Shown here piece after piece: positions 1-11,985 of a stretch of DNA of 64,000 nt (the stretch's first letter is position 1; each line of letters starts with the position of its first letter). The position numbers were made by a program, and so were the translations under genes. The notes under the pieces were generated by a model, which was not told where the DNA came from, did not search any database, and saw only the letters and a program-made list of their open reading frames with translations. The stretch spans positions 496,001 through 560,000 of the forward strand of contig NIVC01000296.1 in NCBI GenBank assembly GCA_002269645.1, in the 5' to 3' direction. Source of the stretch: Macrostomum lignano (taxonomy: Eukaryota).

Positions 1-727
1 CATTCGTCAGTGATTCTCTGCCAGATGTGAGTATTTTTGTAAGCTTACGGAGTCAGCACCGTGTCTATGCTAATGGAGTTGTTTTATACGACCGTAATTG
101 TATTATGGTCTTATGGAATATGGTTTCATTGCGCAATATAATTAACCGGTATAACTAAAATAAACATAACACCTTAGCTTTGTATGAAGCATTGCATTGT
201 CTCCGTTTAACTGCATTCTCAAAAAATCTGAGTTTGATCTTATTTCACTTATAGCTACAGCACTAAGTGTAGATTCGAATAGGACTTGCGATTTCAAAGA
301 ATAAGTCATTAGTTGCACTAGTATGATTATTGCCAAAATCAAAGCCATAAAAGTCAGTATTGTACTGTATTTGTATTTTTGATTTCACTAATTAAGGGAA
401 GGGGTGGCGGTGCTGATAAGAATGCAAGCCTTGGCCTCAGTCCGAAGGTTAGAGTTGTTGAATAGACAGAGTGCAAGACGTCACAGTGTGAGACGAAGGG
501 AGAGCTAATCAGAATGAGGCAAGGGTTAGATAAGAGAAGCAAGGGTTTTTTCAACAGACAGGTAGATTGTAGAAGTGCAGACGGGAGGACGATACGCGTA
601 ACCAATTTGTTACGGAGGCTAACTAAAGGACATAAAAATTGTCTGTACAAAGGCAACAATAGATAAAGAAAGGTTAAATCCGACAAGACTCAGCTCAGCT
701 CCGCTCCGAACTCAGCTCCATAGCACG

Positions 728-1335
728 CACCATCCACAGCACCCATCACCCACAGCACCTACCACCCCACAGCACCCACCACCCCACAGCACCCGTCAAC
801 CCACAGCACCCACCACCCGACAGCACCCATCACCCACAGCACCTACCACCCCACAGCACCCACCACCCCACAGCACCCGTCACCCACAGCACCCACCACC
901 CCACAGCACCCATCACCCACAGCACCTACCACCCCACAGCACCCACCACCCACAGCACCCGTCACTCACAGCACCCCACAGCACCTACCACCCCACAGCA
1001 CCCGTCACCCACAGCACCCACCACCCCACAGCACCTACCACCCCACAGCACCCGTCACCCCAGAGCACCCATCACCCCACAACACCCATCACCCACAGCA
1101 CCCACCACCCCACAGCACCCACCACCCCACAGCACCCACCACCCCACAGCACCCACCACCCCACAGCACCTACCACCCCACAGCACCCGTCACCCCAGAG
1201 CACCCATCACCCCACAACACCCATCACCCACAACACCCACCACCCCACAGCACCCACCACCCCACAACACCCACCACCCCACAGCACCCACCACCCCACA
1301 GCACCCACCACCCCACAGTACCCACCACCCACTGC
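728..1335. repeat. Minisatellite, ~17-19 bp unit CACCCA(C/T)CACCCCACAG
   Basis: Directly visible tandem repeat; boundaries approximate. Confidence 0.93.
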
Positions 1336-1885
1336 ACCAACTAAACACAGCACCGACCACAGCATAACACTGATCGTTTTCCTCCTGTTTTGTCCGTCTC
1401 GCTATTCTGAGTCTGTTCTTAGCGGTCTTCGCTTTTTCGTTAAGCAATGTTTCCCTACCGAGTGATTCTGGCAGCTTCTGCGGGACTGAGCGAGCAATTT
1501 ACCTTGGCTCAGCTTATTGCAATTTATTTTTCCGTTATTACAAAAGCATCCGCAGTTTCGTCTCGAGGGTAATAATTAAATTTTCCACCCAGCATGCTGG
1601 TGTGGAATTGTGTTCTTTACTCGTAGGGGCTTTTTTAAAGAATAGATCGTCTTATTACCCATCTGAATTTAGGGAACAGTTTTCAGTGCTCCAGATTTTC
1701 ACCTGCTGTATTTCCTGTCAAATTTTGTCCGGTTACTCAGCTTGACGGAGTGCTCATCTGTTGAATTTTGTTGCCCAGGTTTATTGAAGAAGTGAAATTA
1801 AAACAAATATTTATCCTAATCAGGGCGAGTCCCCCTTTGAAAGAGCCAACAAAAGCATGTCTTGGAGTTAACCTTAAAAATCATT

Positions 1886-3442
1886 AGCAACAACAACAGC
1901 AAAACAGCAGCCAAAGCAGCAACAACAGCAAAACAACAGCCAAAGCAACAACAGCAAAACAGCAGCCAAAGCAGCAACAACAGCAAAACAGCAGCCAAAG
2001 CAGCAACAACAGCAAAACAGCAGCCAAGGCAACAACAGCAAAACAGCAGCCAAGGCAACAACAGCAAAACAGCAGCCAAAGCAACAACAGCAAAACAGCA
2101 GCCAAGGCAACAACAGCAAAACAGCAGCCAAAGCAACAACAGCAAAACAGCAGCCAAAGCAACAACAGCAAAACAGTAGCCAAAGCAGCAACAACAGCAA
2201 AACAGCAGCCAAAGCAACAACAGCAAAACAGTAGCCAAAGCAGCAACAACAGCAAAACAGCAGCTAGAGCAACAACAGCAAAACAGCAGCCAAAGCAACA
2301 ACAGCAAAACAGCAGCCAAAGCAACAACAGCAAAACAGCAGCTAGAGCAACAACAGCAAAACAGCAGCCAAAGCAACAACAGCAAAACAGCAGCTAGAGC
2401 AACAACAGCAAAACAGCAGCCAAAGCAGCAACAACAGCAAAACAGCAGCCAAAGCAGCAACAACAGCAAAACAGCAGCTAGAGCAACAACAGCAAAACAG
2501 CAGCCAAAGCAACAACAGCAAAACAGCAGCCAAAGCAACAACAGCAAAACAGCAGCTAGAGCAACAACAGCAAAACAGCAGCTAGAGCAACAACAGCAAA
2601 ACAGCAGCCAAAGCAACAACAGCAAAACAGCAGCCAAAGCAACAACAGCAAAACAGCAGCTAGAGCAACAACAGCAAAACAGCAGCCAAAGCAACAACAG
2701 CAAAACAGCAGCTAGAGCAACAACAGCAAAACAGCAGCCAAAGCAGCAACAACAGCAAAACAGCAGCCAAAGCAACAACAGCAAAACAGCAGCCAAAGCA
2801 GCAACAACAGCAAAACAGCAGCCAAAGCAGCAACAACAGCAAAACAGCAGCCAAGGCAACAACAGCAAAACAGCAGCCAAGGCAACAACAGCAAAACAGC
2901 AGCCAAAGCAACAACAGCAAAACAGCAGCCAAAGCAACAACAGCAAAACAGTAGCCAAAGCAGCAACAACAGCAAAACAGCAGCCAAAGCAACAACAGCA
3001 AAACAGCAGCCAAAGCAACAACAGCAAAACAGCAGCCAAAGCAGCAACAACAGCAAAACAGCAGCCAAAGCAACAACAGCAAAACAGTAGCCAAAGCAGC
3101 AACAACAGCAAAACAGCAGCCAAAGCAACAACAGCAAAACAGCAGCCAAAGCAACAACAGCAAAACAGCAGCCAAAGCAGCAACAACAGCAAAACAGCAG
3201 CCAAGGCAACAACAGCAAAACAGCAGCCAAAGCAACAACAGCAAAACAGTAGCCAAAGCAGCAACAACAGCAAAACAGCAGCCAAAGCAACAACAGCAAA
3301 ACAGCAGCTAGAGCAACAACAGCAAAACAGCAGCCAAAGCAGCAACAACAGCAAAACAGCAGCCAAAGCAACAACAGCAAAACAGCAGCCAAAGCAACAA
3401 CAGCAAAACAGCAGCCAAAACAACAACAGCAAAACAGCAGCC
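1886..3442. repeat. Minisatellite, 26/29 bp unit AGCAACAACAGCAAAACAGCAGCCAA(+GCA)
   Basis: Directly visible; source of the spurious 538-aa and related Leu/Cys-rich ORFs. Confidence 0.95.
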
Positions 3443-3887
3443 GACTAAATGTTGAATTTCTTTGTAGTCAATAGAAAGCATAATACTAAACTTTCTACTT
3501 TTAGTAGAACATTCGAAATGATAATTCTGTGCAAAACGCGCCAATTCCATGCTGGCCCGACGCGAAATTTCGTGTCGTAAGCGGGCGTGACGTTTCTCGC
3601 TTTCTGAGATCCGGCCGTGAAGAGCGAAAGTGCGGAGGCATTGAAATCAAATTTCTCCGGATTGCTGGCTTCTTACACAAATAATACTCTTAAGCCAGAG
3701 TCCGCATTAGAAGGAACGCGTTTGGTCTGGGATTTTCATCTTGTTGAAGAAATATTTAAAAAGCCAAACATTTGTGTAAAAAATCCTGATTTTTCTGAGA
3801 ACTGCATTAAAGCCTTGCGATGAGGGAACAGAATGAATTCCTAATCTATTCCAATTGTACGGATCCAATGCCAATCTATCCACAGAC

Positions 3888-5338
3888 CATGGATTGCTAA
3901 TCTATAGCTCATGGATAGCTAATCTATAGATCATGGATTGCTAATCTATAGCTCATGGATTGCTAATCCATAGCTCATGGATTGCTAATCTATAGATCAT
4001 GGATTGCTAATCTATAGCTCATGGATTGCTAATCTATAGCTCATGGATTGCTAATCTATAGATCATGGATTGCTAATCTATAGCTCATGGATTGCTAATC
4101 TATAGATCATGGATTGCTAATCTATAGCTCATGGATTGCTAATCTATAGATCATGGATTGCTAATCTATAGCTCATGGATTGCTAATCTATAGATCATGG
4201 ATTGCTAATCTATAGCTCATGGATTGCTAATCTATAGATCATGGATTGCTAATCGATAGCTCATGGATTGCTAATCTATAGATCATGGATTGCTAATCTA
4301 TAGCTCATGGATTGCTAATCTATAGATCATGGATTGCTAATCTATAGCTCATGGATTGCTAATCTATAGCTCATGGATTGCTAATCTATAGATCATGGAT
4401 TGCTAATCTATAGCTCATGGATTGCTAATCTATAGATCATGGATTGCTAATCTATAGCTCATGGATTGCTAATCTATAGCTCATGGATTGCTAATCTATA
4501 GATCATGGATTGCTAATCTATAGATCATGGATTGCTAATCTATAGATCATGGATTGCTAATCTATAGATCATGGATTGCTAATCTATAGATCATGGATTG
4601 CTAATCCATAGCTCATGGATTGCTAATCTATAGCTCATGGATTGCTAATCTATAGATCATGGATTGCTAATCTATAGATCATGGATTGCTAATCTATAGA
4701 TCATGGATTGCTAATCTATATTGCTAATCATGGATTGCTAATCTATAGATCATGGATTGCTAATCTATAGCTCATGGATTGCTAATCTATAGATCATGGA
4801 TTGCTAATCTATAGATCATGGATTGCTAATCTATAGCTCATGGATTGCTAATCTATAGCTCATGGATTGCTAATGTATAGCTCATGGATTGCTAATCTAT
4901 AGCTCATGGATTGCTAATCTATAGCTCATGGATTGCTAATCTATAGCTCATGGATTGCTAATCTATAGATCATGGATTGCTAATGTATAGCTCATGGATT
5001 GCTAATCTATAGCTCATGGATTGCTAATCTATAGCTCATGGATTGCTAATCTATAGATCATGGATTGCTAATCTATAGCTCATGGATTGCTAATCTATAG
5101 CTCATGGATTGCTAATCGATAGATCATGGATTGCTAATCTATAGCTCATGGATTGCTAATCTATAGCTCATGGATTGCTAATCTATAGATCATGGATTGC
5201 TAATCTATAGCTCATGTATTGCTAATCTATAGCTCATGGATTGCTAATCTATAGCTCATGGATTGCTAATCTTTAGCTCATGGATTGCTAATCTATAGCT
5301 CATGGATTGCTAATCTATAGCTCATGGATTGCTAATCT
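3888..5338. repeat. Minisatellite, 22 bp unit CATGGATTGCTAATCTATAG(C/A)T
   Basis: Directly visible; two main single-base variants interspersed. Confidence 0.96.
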
Positions 5339-5710
5339 CAACCTCACGAATTGATAAAGCCATTGATAAAGCACAGCCTACAAAAGTCGAGAAGGCATAA
5401 ATATCCTAAATTTGCCGAGAAGGCAAACTCCCCGCCGCTCAGCGGATTGGCTTTCGTTGCCATCTTATTGCTCGCGCGAGTGGCCAGAACATGGGGGTTC
5501 TCCGTAGAAGTGCAAGCTGAGTACAAAACCTGAGTGCCTCAGTGCTGCCTGTGATTCTGGATATCTGCAGCTATTGAGCGTCGCTATTTGCTCATCATTC
5601 AATTCCCAGTGTTAATGCAGCTCTATAGCATTGCAACAGGATGCTGACTTCGGGAAAGTTCTCAGCCTTCATCATGGATGCAGCGAGTCTAATTGGACTG
5701 GTGAGAATAG

Positions 5711-5848
5711 CACTCACAGACCGCTTTTGCATAACACTGTTAGACACTTGCATAACACTCACAGACCGCTTTTGCATAACACTGTTAGACACTTGCATAA
5801 CACTCACAGACCGCTTTTGCATAACACTGTTAGACACTTGCATAACAC
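5711..5848. repeat. Short tandem repeat, 45 bp unit x ~3
   Basis: CACTCACAGACCGCTTTTGCATAACACTGTTAGACACTTGCATAA repeated. Confidence 0.9.
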
Positions 5849-5878
5849 TATCAGACTTTTATAACAAATGCACTTTTG

Positions 5879-6336
5879 AGATACGCCAGCTACTAAGATA
5901 CCCCCCAGCTAATGAAATACCCCAGGCACTGAGATGCCCCCCAGCTACTGAGATACCCCCAGCCACTGAAATGCCCCCCAGCTACTGAGATACCCTAGCC
6001 ACTGAGATGCCCCCAGCTACTGAGATACCCTTGCCACTGAAATGCCCCCAGCTACTGAGATACCACAGCTACTGAGATACCGACCGCAGCCACTGAGATA
6101 CCCCCAGCTACTGCATGAGATACCCCAGCTACTGAGATACCACAGCTACTGAGATACCGCAGCCACTGAGATACCCCCAGCTACTGCATGAGATACCCCA
6201 GCTACTGAGATACCACAGCTACTGAGATACCGCAGCCACTGAGATACCCCCAGCTACTGCATGAGATACCCCAGCTACTGAGATACCACAGCTACTGAGA
6301 TACCCCAGCTACTGAGATACCCCAGCCACTGAGATA
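5879..6336. repeat. Minisatellite, ~18 bp unit GAGATACCCCCAGC(T/C)ACT
   Basis: Directly visible, moderately variable. Confidence 0.9.
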
Positions 6337-6918
6337 CTCTGCCATAATTAGCCCATTGCACTATATTTCCAGTAGTAAGTATTCCATAATATAATGTATT
6401 ACATGTAACATCAGCCGGCTCTAACTATTGCGGCAGTGTAATGGGATCACGGATCAGATTGAGGAGTTTTATCCCTTCGCTAGATGTCTGGAATTAGCAG
6501 AGAAATCCTCAAGTACAGTGGACACCGTGAATCCGTGATCTGGCATAAGGAGCGAGTATAAACTTACAGCCCGATAGTGAGCCTGTGCGCTACTCACATC
6601 AAGACTGCTCTGCAGGGCCCGCAGCAGGACTGGTTATTGCTTAATACGAGAGCCGCTTTGGGGATATTGGGGGATAAGTGCAGCAGGGATTGCCTGAATT
6701 CCAATGGTCTCTGTTCTTCTGCTGCTTTTATTAGTTTCCTCGCCAGGCTGAGTTGAGGAGAATCAGGAGACATGGACTTCTAACAGATAGCATCTGGACT
6801 AAGGATTAGCCAAACACTTCCACCCAATCAACGTACAAATGATTTGAAATTGAGGCAGAAAAGATTGGGAAGATATTTTAAAGACCATCAATCCCATCTT
6901 ACAATGCAGCATTTTCAG

Positions 6919-7053
6919 TCTGACCGGCTGAGCACGTTTGGTGGTCGGGCCAGAGATCTGCAAGGGGCCGTGGACAGCGCTGGTGCGCCCGCTCAATGCT
7001 CGCAGTCTGCTGTGGCGCAGTCACCAAATGATAGCGCAGAATCAGGCTGCCAG
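6919..7053 (+). CDS. Candidate 5' coding exon of the dystrophin-related gene
   Basis: ttttcag acceptor, CAG|gtgaga donor, open 135 nt, phase 0/0, compatible with the downstream exon chain; no recognisable homology. Confidence 0.4.
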
Positions 7054-7076
7054 GTGAGAGTGAGAGTGTGAATGTG

Positions 7077-8532
7077 GGAGATCTACGAGAGCTCTCGAGT
7101 CTTAGATTATTGAGATCTACGAGGGTTATTGAGTCTTAGCTTGTTGAGATCAATGAGAGCTCTTAATTCTTGGATGATTGAGATCTATGAGAGCTCTCGA
7201 GTCTTAGATGATCGAGATATATGACAGTTTTGAGTCTTAGATGATTGAGATCCATGAGAGCTCTCGACTCTTGTCAGATGATTCAGATCTATGGGAACTC
7301 TTGAGTCTTAAATTATTGAGATCTATGAGAGCTCTCGATTCTTAGACGATTCAGATCTATGAGAGCTCTCGAGTCTTATATTATTGAGATCTACAAGAGA
7401 TATTGAGTCTTAGCTTGTTTGAGATCTATGAAAGCTCTCGAGTCTTAGATAATTGAGATCTATGAGAGCTCTCGAGTCTTAGATAATTAACATCTATGAG
7501 AGCTCTCGAGTCTTAGATAATTGAGATTTATGAGAGCTCTCGAGTCTTAGATAATTGAGATCTAAAAGCTCTCGAGTCTTAGATAATTGAGATTTATGAG
7601 AGCTCTCGAGTCTTAGATAATTGAGATCTATGAGAGCTCTCGAGTCTTAGATAATTGAGATCTATGAGAGCTCTCGAGTCTTAGATAATTGAGATCTACG
7701 AAGGCTCTCGAGTCTTAGATAATTGAGATCTACGAGAGCTCTCGAGTCTTAGATAATTGAGATCTATGAGAGCTCTCGAGTCTTAGATAATTTAGATTTA
7801 TGAGAGCTCTCGAGTCTTAGATAATTGAGATCTATGAGAGCTCTCGAGTCTTAGATAATTGAGATCTATGAGAGCTCTCGAGTCTTAGATAATTGAGATC
7901 TATGAGAGCTCTCGAGTCTTAGATAATTGAGATCTACGAGAGCTCTCGAGTCTTAGATAATTGAGATCTATGAGAGCTCTCGAGTCTTAGATAATTTAGA
8001 TTTATGAGAGCTCTCGAGTCTTAGATAATTGAGATCTACGAGAGCTCTCGAGTCTTAGATCATTGAGATCTATGAGAGCTCTCGAGTCTTAGATAATTGA
8101 GATCTACGAGAGCTCTCGAGTCTTAGATAATTGAGATCTATGAGAGCTCTCGAGTCTTAGATGATTGAGATCTATGAGAGCTCTCGAGTCTTAGATAATT
8201 GAGATCTATGAGAGCTCTCGAGTCTTAGATAATTGAGATCTATGAGAGCTCTCGAGTCTTAGATGATTGAGATCTATGAGAGCTCTCGAGTCTTAGATAA
8301 TTGAGATCTACGAGAGCTCTTGAGTCTTAGATAATTGAGATCTATGAGAGCTCTCGAGTCTTAGATGATTGAGATCTATGAGAGCTCTCGAGTCTTAGAT
8401 AATTGAGATCTACGAGAGCTCTTGAGTCTTAGATAATTGAGATCTACGAGAGCTCTCGAGTCTTAGATGATTGAAGATCTACAAGAGCTCTCGATTTCAG
8501 ATTATTGAGATACATGAGAACTCTCGAGTCTT
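7077..8532. repeat. Minisatellite, 34 bp unit GAGATCTATGAGAGCTCTCGAGTCTTAGATAATT
   Basis: Directly visible; degenerate at the left edge, homogeneous in the centre. Confidence 0.96.
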
Positions 8533-8572
8533 AATCCACTCAATAGTCCATTCAAACAATAAATCATTCCAG

Positions 8573-8707
8573 ACTCAGTCGTCGAGAAGTCCGGAAGATG
8601 CAGCTCTGATGCAATTTTCGGGGTCAGTGCAAGAGAAATCCAGCAAAGAATTTTCTCGTGATTTGTCCTCTTTTTCAGATAATATGGCAGCCATTTCTAG
8701 TACTCGT
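8573..8707 (+). CDS. Candidate coding exon of the dystrophin-related gene
   Basis: ttccag acceptor, CGT|gtaagt donor, open 135 nt, phase 0/0. Confidence 0.45.
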
Positions 8708-8871
8708 GTAAGTAGACTATCTGCATTTATTGAGATTTTAGCTTTTTACTGCTAAAAGTGGTCACTGTATGTTATGCAGGTCGCAGTCCGAGAGGCAGGC
8801 AAGGAGTTCGAAGTTCTGACGCATATGCTAGCAACTTGTGAGGCTCATCTGCTTTTCGAAATTGGCATCTG

Positions 8872-9385
8872 TCATTCACTCCTTTCACTCACTCACTCAC
8901 TCCCCTCACTCACTCCCTTCACTCACTCCCTCCCTTCAATCACTCACTCCCTTCACTCACTAACTCCCTTCAATCACTCACTCCCTTCACTCACTAACTC
9001 CCTTCAATCACTCACTCCCCTTACTCACTCACTCCCTTCACTCCCTCCCTTTAATTCACTTACTTTCTTCACTCACTAACTCCCTTCAATCACTCATTCC
9101 CCTCATTCACTCACTCCCTTCACTCCCTCCCTTCAATCACTCACTCCCTTCACTCACTAACTCCCTTCAATCACTCACTCCCTTCACTCACTAACTCCCT
9201 TCAATCACTCATTCCCCTTACTCACTCACTCCCTTCACTCCCTCCCTTCAATTCACTTACTTTCTTCACTCACTAATTCCTTTCACTCACTCACTCCCTC
9301 CACTCACTCTCTCCCTTCAATTCACGTACTTTCTTCGCTCACTCCTTTCATTCACTCACTCTCTCACACACGCACTCCCTTCACT
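8872..9385. repeat. C/T-rich minisatellite (CACTCACTCCCTTCAAT-like)
   Basis: Directly visible, intronic, ends ~25 bp before an acceptor. Confidence 0.9.
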
Positions 9386-9410
9386 CAACCGACCCCGACC
9401 CCTTCACTAG

Positions 9411-9605
9411 AATTGTCCACTCACTACCACACCTATTAGGAATGGCGTGCCAAACGACTCGGCGCGACATTCTCTGGAAGATGACGTCATTATTGAAGAT
9501 GCTAAAAATAGAAACAGCAGCAATAACACACAACGAAGCGACTATGATGAAACGGCTGAGGAAGAGTCGACCTTGATCGAGGAGGCCAAGGATACGGATG
9601 TAGAG
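9411..9605 (+). CDS. Candidate acidic exon of the dystrophin-related gene
   Basis: ccttcactag acceptor, GAG|gtgaga donor, open 195 nt (NCPLTTTPIRNGVPNDS...EAKDTDVE). Confidence 0.55.
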
Positions 9606-9683
9606 GTGAGAGAAAGATTACACTTTATGATTACATAATTGGAACGTACTTCGCAATCGAATATAATTAATTCTCTTTTTCAG

Positions 9684-9783
9684 TCCGTGTTTTATCCTCC
9701 AAGCTGCCCTCGCACAGCAGTTTTGAGTCGGACTTATTGGAGGTCGCTGGAACAGCTCAAGGTCGAGTGGAGCGAAGGCTCGG
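9684..9783 (+). CDS. Exon of the dystrophin-related gene
   Basis: tttttcag acceptor, G|gtgaga donor; phase 0 in, phase 1 out, matches the phase-1 acceptor at 10201. Confidence 0.6.
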
Positions 9784-9812
9784 GTGAGACAGCTTAAAAG
9801 AATTGTCAGCGT

Positions 9813-10178
9813 AAGTGTCAGAGTGAGTGTCAGAGTGAGGGTGTCAGAGTGAGTGTCAGAGTGAGTGTCAGAGTGAGTGTCAGAGTGAGGGTGTCAGAGT
9901 GAGGGTGTCAGAGTGAGGGTGTCAGAGTGAGTGTCAGAGTGAGTGTCAGAGTGAGTGTCAGAGTGAGTGTCAGAGTGAGTGTCAGAGTGAGTGTCAGAGT
10001 GAGTGTCAGAGTGAGTGTCAGAGTGAGTGTCAGAGTGAGGGTGTCAGAGTGAGGGTGTCAGAGTGAGTGTCAGAGTGAGTGTCAGAGTGAGGGTGTCAGA
10101 GTGAGGGTGTCAGAGTGGATGTCAGAGTGAGTGTCAGAGTGAGTGTCAGAGTGAGTGTCAGAGTGAGTGTCAGAGTGA
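9813..10178. repeat. Minisatellite, 12/14 bp unit GTGTCAGAGTGA(GG)
   Basis: Directly visible; fills almost the whole intron 9784-10201. Confidence 0.95.
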
Positions 10179-10201
10179 ATGTCAGCCATAATCATCCGCA
10201 G

Positions 10202-10419
10202 CAGCTTCGGGAAACTCCTTAGCTGCAGACCAGGAGGCCTCCGCCACGCCACTGGGTGTGTGGAGCTCCGGCTGCAACGCGGAAGCGGCGGTCAGCCTCA
10301 GGCGGCAGCTCCGGGAGGACGCGGAACTGCGCAGGCTGGAGAGCCGGCTGGCCCGCCTGGGCGCCGAGTGCGAGAGGGGAGCAGCCGGGGCCGCGACGGA
10401 CTGGCTGAGGGTCAAGCAG
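10202..10419 (+). CDS. Exon of the dystrophin-related gene (helical, spectrin-like)
   Basis: ccgcag acceptor; open frame ...LRRQLREDAELRRLESRLARLGAECER...DWLRVKQ; donor either CAG|gcaagg (10420) or AGG|gtctcg (10426). Confidence 0.65.
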
Positions 10420-10502
10420 GCAAGGGTCTCGCTGCATTCGATAGATTTTGGCTGAGTTCGCTCCCTTCGTTCCGTTCTCTTCACTCTGCTCCCTCTAATT
10501 AC

Positions 10503-10762
10503 ATCATTTCATTCCCCAGCTCCATCATTCCCCAGCTCCATCATTCCCCAGCTCCATCATTCCCCAGCTCCATCATTCCCCAGCTCCATCATTCCCCAGC
10601 TCCATCATTCCCCAGCTTCATCATTCCCCAATTTCCCAGTTCCATAATTTCCCATTTCCTCAGCTCCATCATTTCCTCAGCTCCATCATTTCCTCAGCTC
10701 CATCATTTCTCAGCTCCATCATTTCTCAGCTCCATCATTTCTCAGCTCCATCATTCCCCAGC
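10503..10762. repeat. Minisatellite, 16 bp unit CAGCTCCATCATTCCC
   Basis: Directly visible, intronic. Confidence 0.92.
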
Positions 10763-10798
10763 TCCGCGCTTACAGCAGTTCCTCCTGAACCCCTTCAG

Positions 10799-11362
10799 GA
10801 CCTGGAGTGCACCGGCTGCGAGCTTCGCCAGCTGCAGCTTCAGCGGCAGCGGCTCAGCAGCCCCGGCCCGGGGAGCCGCCATCTGCTTGGCCGCTGGCTC
10901 GCCGCCCGCGAGGCCAGCCTTCATCGTCGGCGACTTCAACTTGGCGGCGACGCGGCCTCGGCTCGCCGTCAGCTGGCATTAAACTCGACGGCCGCTGCAC
11001 AGCTGCGGGCCTGGAAGTCGGAGGTCGAGCAGCTGCTGCGGATGCTGGACGATGCAGATGCTCGGCTGCGGTGCCGCTGGTCGGAGCTGCTGGCTGGCGA
11101 GTCCGACCTCAGCGACAGAGCCGCGGTGGCGGCTGACGGGCTGGCGAGCATCGAGCAGCTGTTGCGGCTGCCCCTGCCGACGCAGCAGCTGGGCGCCGCG
11201 CTGGACGCTGAGTGGCGTCGCCTGGAGGCGGTCGGCGCGGTGCCCTGTCACACGCTGACTGCCCAGATGGAGGCGGCGATCTCGGCTGCTGCGGCGAAAG
11301 ACGACGATGGCAGCGGTGACGCAGCGAAGCTGGAGGCCGCTGTGGACGAGTGCCTCGGCGAG
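10799..11362 (+). CDS. Dystrophin-related exon: spectrin repeat joined to a degenerate EF-hand-2 region
   Basis: cccttcag acceptor, GAG|gtcggt donor, 564 nt open. LGRWLAAREASL...LGGDAASARRQ resembles the dystrophin late spectrin repeat (LLVWLQLKDDEL...IGGDFPAVQKQ); LGAALDAEW...KLEAAVDECL resembles LGLLLHDSI...NIEPSVRSCF. Confidence 0.75.
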
Positions 11363-11379
11363 GTCGGTTGGGATGATTG

Positions 11380-11480
11380 GGCTTTAGCACCGGGGGCTTT
11401 AGCACCGGGGGCTTTAGCACCGGGGGCTTTAGCACCAGGGGCTTTAGCACCAGGGCTTTAGCACCAGGGGCTTTTGCACC
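11380..11480. repeat. Short minisatellite, 15 bp unit GGGCTTTAGCACC(G/A)G
   Basis: Directly visible inside intron 11363-11527. Confidence 0.9.
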
Positions 11481-11527
11481 TACTCAATATAGCCGGGAAG
11501 TGGCTAAAATTCCCAAATTGAATCCAG

Positions 11528-11985
11528 GCCCGGTCAGTCTGTCTGGCGGACTTTCTCTCCTGGGCGCTGGACGGCGCTGGGCGGCACCAGCTGGCCTGGC
11601 TGCCAGCTCTGGAGCGGCTCTCCGAGGCCGCAGGCCGCAGACACCGCGTCAGCTGCTCGGGCTGCGGACGGCGCCCAATTCGAGGCGTTCGATTCCGCTG
11701 CCTGCGCTGCCTGCGGCTCAACCTCTGCCTGGACTGCCGTCTGCGCGGAGTTGGCGGCGACGCTGGAACTCGAACTTCAAACTGCGGCTGCTGGGGTCAG
11801 CGAGTGTCGTCGGGCGGCCACCGGGCAGATCACCCGATGCTGCAGTGCTCGAGAGGTCCGGGCCTGCGGGAGGAGCTGAGCAGCCTGGGCAGGGCGATTC
11901 GGCGACGAGTTTTGCGTCCTCGACGGCGGCGGCAGCGGCAGCTCCAAGAGTCGACTGAAGTGCAGCCGAGAGCTGCGCATGGATT
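11528..11985 (+). CDS. Dystrophin-family exon: end of EF-hand region plus ZZ zinc finger
   Basis: ADFLSW...LAWLPALERLSEAAGRRHRVSCSGC...RFRCLRCLRLNLCLDC...HRADHPMLQC matches the dystrophin/DRP2/dystrotelin WLPVLHR-H-CxxC-CxxC-CxxC-HxxxH layout. 3' end taken at TT|gtaagg; the join to the next exon is unresolved. Confidence 0.85.

Noticed and set aside
1816-3432. 538-aa Leu/Cys/Ala-rich ORF and overlapping ORFs (poly-Q on the plus strand)
   Set aside because: Pure translation of the 26/29-bp array; the unit lacks stop codons, so long ORFs arise in several frames.
6444-6541. 10-bp inverted repeat GATCACGGAT...ATCCGTGATC as a MITE
   Set aside because: Too short and no TSD identified.
8780-8837. 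Extra exon of the dystrophin-like gene (tgcag|GTC...T|gtgagg)
   Set aside because: Its phase-1 end does not fit the phase-0 acceptor at 9410 and would create TGA with the alternative acceptor at 9439.
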